Shown here: positions 58,919 through 64,000 of the stretch, in pieces | How positions within the stretch are numbered: position 1 is the first letter of the stretch | Layout: every line of letters starts with the position of its first letter | IMG/VR virus record: IMGVR_UViG_3300031227_000030 | From: an uncultured virus (IMG/VR IMGVR_UViG_3300031227_000030) | Taxonomy: Duplodnaviria > Heunggongvirae > Uroviricota > Caudoviricetes | Length of the DNA stretch: 64,000 bases | Direction: 5' to 3' (one strand) | Made by a program: the position numbers and the translations under genes | The notes under the pieces: generated by a model | Told to the model about the DNA's origin: nothing | What the model saw: only the letters and a program-made list of their open reading frames with translations | Database searches by the model: none

Positions 58919-61900
58919 ATGCCATTTACCCCAAAACCTTATAATAAAATAAAAGGAGCAATGGTCGCTACTTTAAAATCAGTGACTCCTTTAACTGATT
59001 TTGTGCCAGGATCTGTCGCTGATACTCTTTTGGAAGCTCCTTCTGTTGAAGATGCTCAGCAATATATTCAGATGACAAATCTTTTAGCATTGTTTCACTT
59101 AGATACAATAGAGGGTGCAGACTTAGACGTTAAAGCTTTTGAATTTGGTTTAACGAGAAATCAGCCAACTAAGTCTTCTGGGTATACGACAATTTCAGAT
59201 TCTGCTTTCCCTAAAATATCTACTATAATATATCCAGTTTTGTCTGGGCCTATTGTTGGATCTTTTTTATTAAATGTAGTTGATGCTTCTACTTTCCCAA
59301 CTCCTGATGCACTTCATCCAACTTATACTCTTGTTATTGGCAGAGGAACGGCTAATTCAGAAATGGTAACTTATGCTGTTGCTCCTGTTAATAATGTTTC
59401 TTATTGGACAATTACTCTTGTTGCTGGTTTTGGGAATGACCATGGGACAGAGGAAACTGTAGTTCTTTCTCAGGGAGGAAATCGAGCAATTCCTGCAGGA
59501 ACTCAGGTGGCGATTCCTGAGTCTGATATTTACTCAGAAATTAACTATACTAGTAATAATTTAGCTACTATCTTAGATGGAGAAGAAGAAGTCTCAAGTG
59601 TTTCAGTTACAGCGGCTCAAGCAGGATCTTCTGGAAATGCTCCAGCGGGAGGAATAAGCCAATTTTCAACTTTACCTTTTACTACTGCTCTTGTCACGAA
59701 TCCTCTTCCATTTAATAATGGAGAAGACTTAGAATCTGATCAAGATTTTAGAGATAGGATTAGGAATAAAGTATCTTCATTAGCTGCAGGAACTATTAAA
59801 GCAATTATTTCTGGAATTGCTGGTCAAATAGATAATGAAGACAGCAAGAGAGTTGTTTCCGAAACTTTTAGAGAGGCTATAAATTATCCTAGTGATATTT
59901 CTCAATTATTTATTGATGATGGCACAGGTTTTGAACCTTCTTTTGAAGGGCAAGGGTATGAGATAATTATAGATCAAGCTTCTGGAGGAGAAGGGCTTTT
60001 AAATACAAGTTTTTATCCTATTGTTAAAGCTTCTTTGGTTACTTCGAATTCTTCTCCATATAATTTAATTGGAAATGAGGTTCTTTCTTATTCTGTTAAT
60101 AATGTCTTGGAAGAGGTGACTTTTTTAGTTACAGATTTTTCTATTATTGGACAAGCAACTGCTTTAGAAGTGGCAACTGCTATCAATACAAGAGCTACTT
60201 TAATTGAGGCTAGGACAACAGATGAAAAAAATAAAGTAATTATAACTCCTAATATAAACTCTAGTGAGTCTGTTATCGTAAATGTTTTAGGGGCTGGAGT
60301 TGACGCAAATAACCTTTTGGGGTTTGTTGTGAATGAAGAGGCTCATACTTTAAATCTTTATAAGAATGATATATTTTTAGTTAAAGATGGAAGAACTGCT
60401 TTTTTAGATTCTGGAAACCCCCAAACTTATGCGATTATAATTGGAGATACTTTAACTATTCAAATTGATGGGAAAGCCCTTATTCAAACAATTACTTTTA
60501 CTATTGGTGGAGCCTTAACAGCTCAGCAGGTTTGTGACGATATAAATGATCAATTAGTTGGAGGAGTTGCCCAAGTTGGGATTAATTCTATAGGGCAAAG
60601 TTTTGTGAGATTGTCTTCATTTACATTATTATCTTCAAGTTCTATGATTAGAGTAACAGGTGGAACGGCTAATGCTCTTTTAGCTTTTCCTACAACTGCT
60701 CCTGCTTCTGGGTTAACAAACCTAGGACTTAACAAAGATTATGTTATGAATAGGTTTAATGGACAAATTAGGCTTACGACTCCATTACATACAAATGATA
60801 TGTTATCTGCTGGATCTTCTCAGACAAGAGCTTTTGTTTCAAATTATTTTGATTTTGGAGACCCTCTAAACCATCCTATTACTGGAGATGCTTCAGATGA
60901 TGTCTATGCAATAGCCGATACTCAAACTCTTATTGTCACTGTTGATGGTGGGGCTCCGCAAACTCATGTTTTTACTGTTCCTGGGGACTTCATAGATCCA
61001 GTTACTGGCTTTACTATTGCTCCTCCATACGATGCAACTCAAGTTGCTGAAGCATTTAATTCTTATACAACAGTCTTAGGGGCAAGAATGGATGTTGTTA
61101 ATTTTGGTGGACTTCATTATTTAAGATTGAGGTCTACAGATTGGGAGAATGGGACTATATACTTAGATTCAGCTTCTACAGCGAATCCTTTGCCTAATGG
61201 ATTAGGACTAGGTTTGACAGATACGACTATTTCAGGACAAACTTCTAGTATGGCCTATATAGAGTCAGGAAATTCTGGAGATTATAGCTTTGGTCCTGGG
61301 ATGACTTTTTCTATTGTTTTAGACCAAGATCCTTTAAACAGATTATTCATTGTTCCTTTAACAAGAGCTGGAGCAGTTACGACTCAGATTAATAACTTAC
61401 GCTTTAGAGATTCTTCATTGGTTTCTCTTTTTACAAAAGACTCTGATTTGATTGGTTATGAAGCAAGGTTTACTGACACTACTGTAACAGTAGCACTTAG
61501 TTCTCAAAGAAGAACGGTAATTGCTTATGACCATACAAATGGAGAGATTACTGTTGGAGCAGCTTTTGGTGGTATTCCTATTATTACAGATGATTATGAA
61601 TTAATTCCTGTTACAACCTTAAACACAGTGAATTTTATTAAAAATAAAGGGATAACTCCTCTGTCTGTTTTCTCTGCGATAGAAGAATCTTCTAGTGGGT
61701 CAAATGTACAGATAACTCCTACAACAATTGGTTCTTCTGGTGCAGTTCAAGTTGCTGGAGGATATGCCAATGGTTTATCCGTACCAGTTAGTGTTGATGG
61801 AGATGCTTTGGGAACTATTGGAATAGATAGTATCTCTGGATTATCTATTAATTTACATATTACTGTTCATAGACCTGGTCCTGTTACAGTCTCGGGTTAT

Positions 61901-62461
61901 ATTGACTCTATTGTCACAGGAGCAGATCATTATATCCTCACTGTTACTGTGGCTCCTGATGGGGCTGGTGGGGCGGTAGACTTATCTACTTATACTATCG
62001 CTGTTGGGGCTACAATTAGCGCACATAACCTTTTAGATTTTCCAACAAATTTGGTAGAAGGAATGGATGGATATAAAAATTACACAGGGCTAATGAGAAA
62101 ATGCCAATGGTTAGTCGATGGCTATCCTGCTGATTTAATTAACTATCCTGGGTTAAAAGCTGCTGGAATAAAAATAGAAGTTTCTGCTCCTTTAGTTAAT
62201 CAACTTTCTCAGATTATTTTAGATGTTACTCCTCTTCCAGGAGTTAATTTAAGTAATATTTCTGAGTATGTTAGATCTGCTGTCCTTTCTTATGTAAATA
62301 GTTTAGAGTTAGGAGAAGATGTCCTCTTAGCTTCGATAATAGATGTAGTGATGGATGTAACAGGAGTTCAGAATGTAAGGGTTATATCTCCAACTGCAGA
62401 TACTTTAATTTCGGATAATCAAATTGCGAGAATTTTCTCAGGAAATGTTACTGTGAGTTAA
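58919..62461 (+). CDS. Baseplate J-like wedge protein with large repeated insertions
   Basis: TDFVPGSVADTLLEA, G.DLD....FGLTR, GEDLESDQDFRDRI, YVNSL.LGEDV..GVQNV. Confidence 0.88.
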   Translation: MPFTPKPYNKIKGAMVATLKSVTPLTDFVPGSVADTLLEAPSVEDAQQYIQMTNLLALFHLDTIEGADLDVKAFEFGLTRNQPTKSSGYTTISDSAFPKISTIIYPVLSGPIVGSFLLNVVDASTFPTPDALHPTYTLVIGRGTANSEMVTYAVAPVNNVSYWTITLVAGFGNDHGTEETVVLSQGGNRAIPAGTQVAIPESDIYSEINYTSNNLATILDGEEEVSSVSVTAAQAGSSGNAPAGGISQFSTLPFTTALVTNPLPFNNGEDLESDQDFRDRIRNKVSSLAAGTIKAIISGIAGQIDNEDSKRVVSETFREAINYPSDISQLFIDDGTGFEPSFEGQGYEIIIDQASGGEGLLNTSFYPIVKASLVTSNSSPYNLIGNEVLSYSVNNVLEEVTFLVTDFSIIGQATALEVATAINTRATLIEARTTDEKNKVIITPNINSSESVIVNVLGAGVDANNLLGFVVNEEAHTLNLYKNDIFLVKDGRTAFLDSGNPQTYAIIIGDTLTIQIDGKALIQTITFTIGGALTAQQVCDDINDQLVGGVAQVGINSIGQSFVRLSSFTLLSSSSMIRVTGGTANALLAFPTTAPASGLTNLGLNKDYVMNRFNGQIRLTTPLHTNDMLSAGSSQTRAFVSNYFDFGDPLNHPITGDASDDVYAIADTQTLIVTVDGGAPQTHVFTVPGDFIDPVTGFTIAPPYDATQVAEAFNSYTTVLGARMDVVNFGGLHYLRLRSTDWENGTIYLDSASTANPLPNGLGLGLTDTTISGQTSSMAYIESGNSGDYSFGPGMTFSIVLDQDPLNRLFIVPLTRAGAVTTQINNLRFRDSSLVSLFTKDSDLIGYEARFTDTTVTVALSSQRRTVIAYDHTNGEITVGAAFGGIPIITDDYELIPVTTLNTVNFIKNKGITPLSVFSAIEESSSGSNVQITPTTIGSSGAVQVAGGYANGLSVPVSVDGDALGTIGIDSISGLSINLHITVHRPGPVTVSGYIDSIVTGADHYILTVTVAPDGAGGAVDLSTYTIAVGATISAHNLLDFPTNLVEGMDGYKNYTGLMRKCQWLVDGYPADLINYPGLKAAGIKIEVSAPLVNQLSQIILDVTPLPGVNLSNISEYVRSAVLSYVNSLELGEDVLLASIIDVVMDVTGVQNVRVISPTADTLISDNQIARIFSGNVTVS

Positions 62462-62464
62462 AAT

Positions 62465-64000
62465 ATGATTACTGTTCAACAAAAATTAGCTAGATATTAT
62501 GCGACAGTCCCTTCTAGTTTTTACCAGCCAAGTGTTAACCTTGAGACTTTAGGGTTGTTAACTGCTTGGGCTACTGAGGACGCAGCTATCTTAAATGAAT
62601 TAGAAAGTTTAAGATTAGAGTTTTTTGTAGCAACAGCTGATGGGATATTTTTAGATATGCTTGGGTCTGATGTTGGAGTTTCAAGACCTTCGGACTTTCT
62701 TAATGATGATGACCATTATAGAGAATTAATCGCTTTAGCTTACTCTCCTCATGTTAATGAAGCATCTTATGACGAATTATTTGATATAATTTTTGGCCCT
62801 CTTGCTTCTCGTTCTTATGTTGTTTCTAGAGAACCTGAGAATTATACGTTACTTCAGAGCATTGACTTTGCAACAGATGGGACTCTTGTTGGAACATTTA
62901 CTACGGATTCTGATTTAGGACTAAAACACACTATTGATGATAGTCCATTATTGGATGAAGATTTTAGAATACAAAGAGATACCGTTGGCTTTCAACTTGA
63001 GGTCTTAGCTACATTATCAGGATTAACAGCCCCTCCAGCTCCTTACACTGTTGAAGTTGATGATGGAGATACTGATTTAACTTTATTTACTACGTTAGCT
63101 AATTCAAAAATTTTAACTTTAGAAGTTTTAATCATTAGAACAGAGAGTGGAATTCAGACAGTAACATTTTTATCTTCAGATTTTCCTGACTTATTAAATG
63201 TAACTGTTCAACAAGCTGCAACAATTATTAATGAAAGACAGACTCTTGCTACAGCAGATGTTTTCTTTAATATGACTGATAGCCAAAATTATCTTAGGAT
63301 TAGGACAAATACTCCTGGATCTAGTGGTTTTATCCAAATTTTAGGTGGGACAAGTAACGCTACTTTTTGTTTTGATCACAATATCCATAGAAATTTTGAA
63401 GTAGATATTGATGAAACTGGGGATGATCCTGTCATAATTATTCCTCAAGTTTCTTTGACAAATAGAGATTTAAGAGGAAGTTGGCATTTTCATGATGATC
63501 CTGCAACTATTCCATTTATAAATACTCATCTTGGACAAATGGCTAATCAATTAATTTGGGATACTTATCCTTCGACAGAAGCTACACCTTATTGGCCAGG
63601 ACCATTTTTATTTCATTCTTTGCCTTCTACAGATGTTTCTCCTGTTTTCCCCGCAGCTGCTTATACGTTACATTCTGTTTCTACAACTTTAACTAGCCCT
63701 TTAGAGCATGGGACTTCTGCGTCTGCTGGACCGAATATTTACCCTACTCCAGTAGATGATTCTTCTCAATTTCCTAACCCTAGTGTGGGAGCAGAATCTT
63801 ATATCATGATTAGTTTAGGAGAGGGGAATCAAGAAGGCCCAACGAGAGAGAGAGCGGATCTTCTTTTAAAGTATTTGGCTAGAACAGGTAACCATTCTCT
63901 TAACTTAGATCCTTTATACCAGTTTGGACTAACATTAGATCCAGTTTTCCCTGTTTCTATCCCTGGTTTTAGATTTGACCATATTTCTGGAGAAATTGTC
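62465..64000 (+). CDS. Baseplate wedge (P2 gpI-like) protein; runs off the window and is absent from the ORF track
   Basis: Hand-translated MITVQQKL...FFVATADGIFLDMLGSDVGVSRP..DDDHYRELI; follows baseplate J. Confidence 0.72.
   Translation, partial: MITVQQKLARYYATVPSSFYQPSVNLETLGLLTAWATEDAAILNELESLRLEFFVATADGIFLDMLGSDVGVSRPSDFLNDDDHYRELIALAYSPHVNEASYDELFDIIFGPLASRSYVVSREPENYTLLQSIDFATDGTLVGTFTTDSDLGLKHTIDDSPLLDEDFRIQRDTVGFQLEVLATLSGLTAPPAPYTVEVDDGDTDLTLFTTLANSKILTLEVLIIRTESGIQTVTFLSSDFPDLLNVTVQQAATIINERQTLATADVFFNMTDSQNYLRIRTNTPGSSGFIQILGGTSNATFCFDHNIHRNFEVDIDETGDDPVIIIPQVSLTNRDLRGSWHFHDDPATIPFINTHLGQMANQLIWDTYPSTEATPYWPGPFLFHSLPSTDVSPVFPAAAYTLHSVSTTLTSPLEHGTSASAGPNIYPTPVDDSSQFPNPSVGAESYIMISLGEGNQEGPTRERADLLLKYLARTGNHSLNLDPLYQFGLTLDPVFPVSIPGFRFDHISGEIV

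Noticed and set aside
1..64000. Stop-codon recoding, diversity-generating retroelement or integrase
   Set aside because: Genes are full length under the standard code with TAA, TAG and TGA all used as stops. No reverse transcriptase, template/variable repeat pair or recombinase motif was seen.

Overview
A 64-kb internal segment of an AT-rich, large contractile-tailed (myovirus) phage genome. It uses the standard genetic code, and its head and tail genes resemble the SPO1/Twort-like (Herelleviridae-type) plan. Transcription diverges from a non-coding region at about 32.44-33.30 kb that carries two clusters of GC-rich DNA hairpins (candidate origin). The left arm (minus strand) encodes small early genes, GroEL, helicase, primase, DnaE-type polymerase, dNMP kinase-like protein, gp32-like SSB, an intein-split RecA, SbcCD, a DnaQ-like exonuclease, a resolvase, terminase, portal, a MuF-like protein and fibre/spike-like proteins. 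The right arm (plus strand) encodes an SF2 helicase, a prohead protease fused to an InPase-like domain, scaffold, major capsid, neck, sheath, tube, an XRE regulator, tail chaperones, tape measure, baseplate and a free-standing HNH endonuclease. Most notable points: (1) a protease-InPase polyprotein that also carries a copy of the capsid N-terminal peptide, plus a network of K-S/K-A sites across head proteins; (2) an HNH-type intein in the RecA P-loop; (3) ten C-G-closed mini-hairpins at the strand switch; (4) an unannotated stand-alone ClpX-type zinc finger near GroEL and a trigger-factor-like domain; (5) two probable frameshifts; (6) a ~70-aa module nested in three different virion proteins. 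No tRNA, rRNA, CRISPR array, integrase or reverse transcriptase was seen. All assignments come from motifs recognised by eye; no searches were run.
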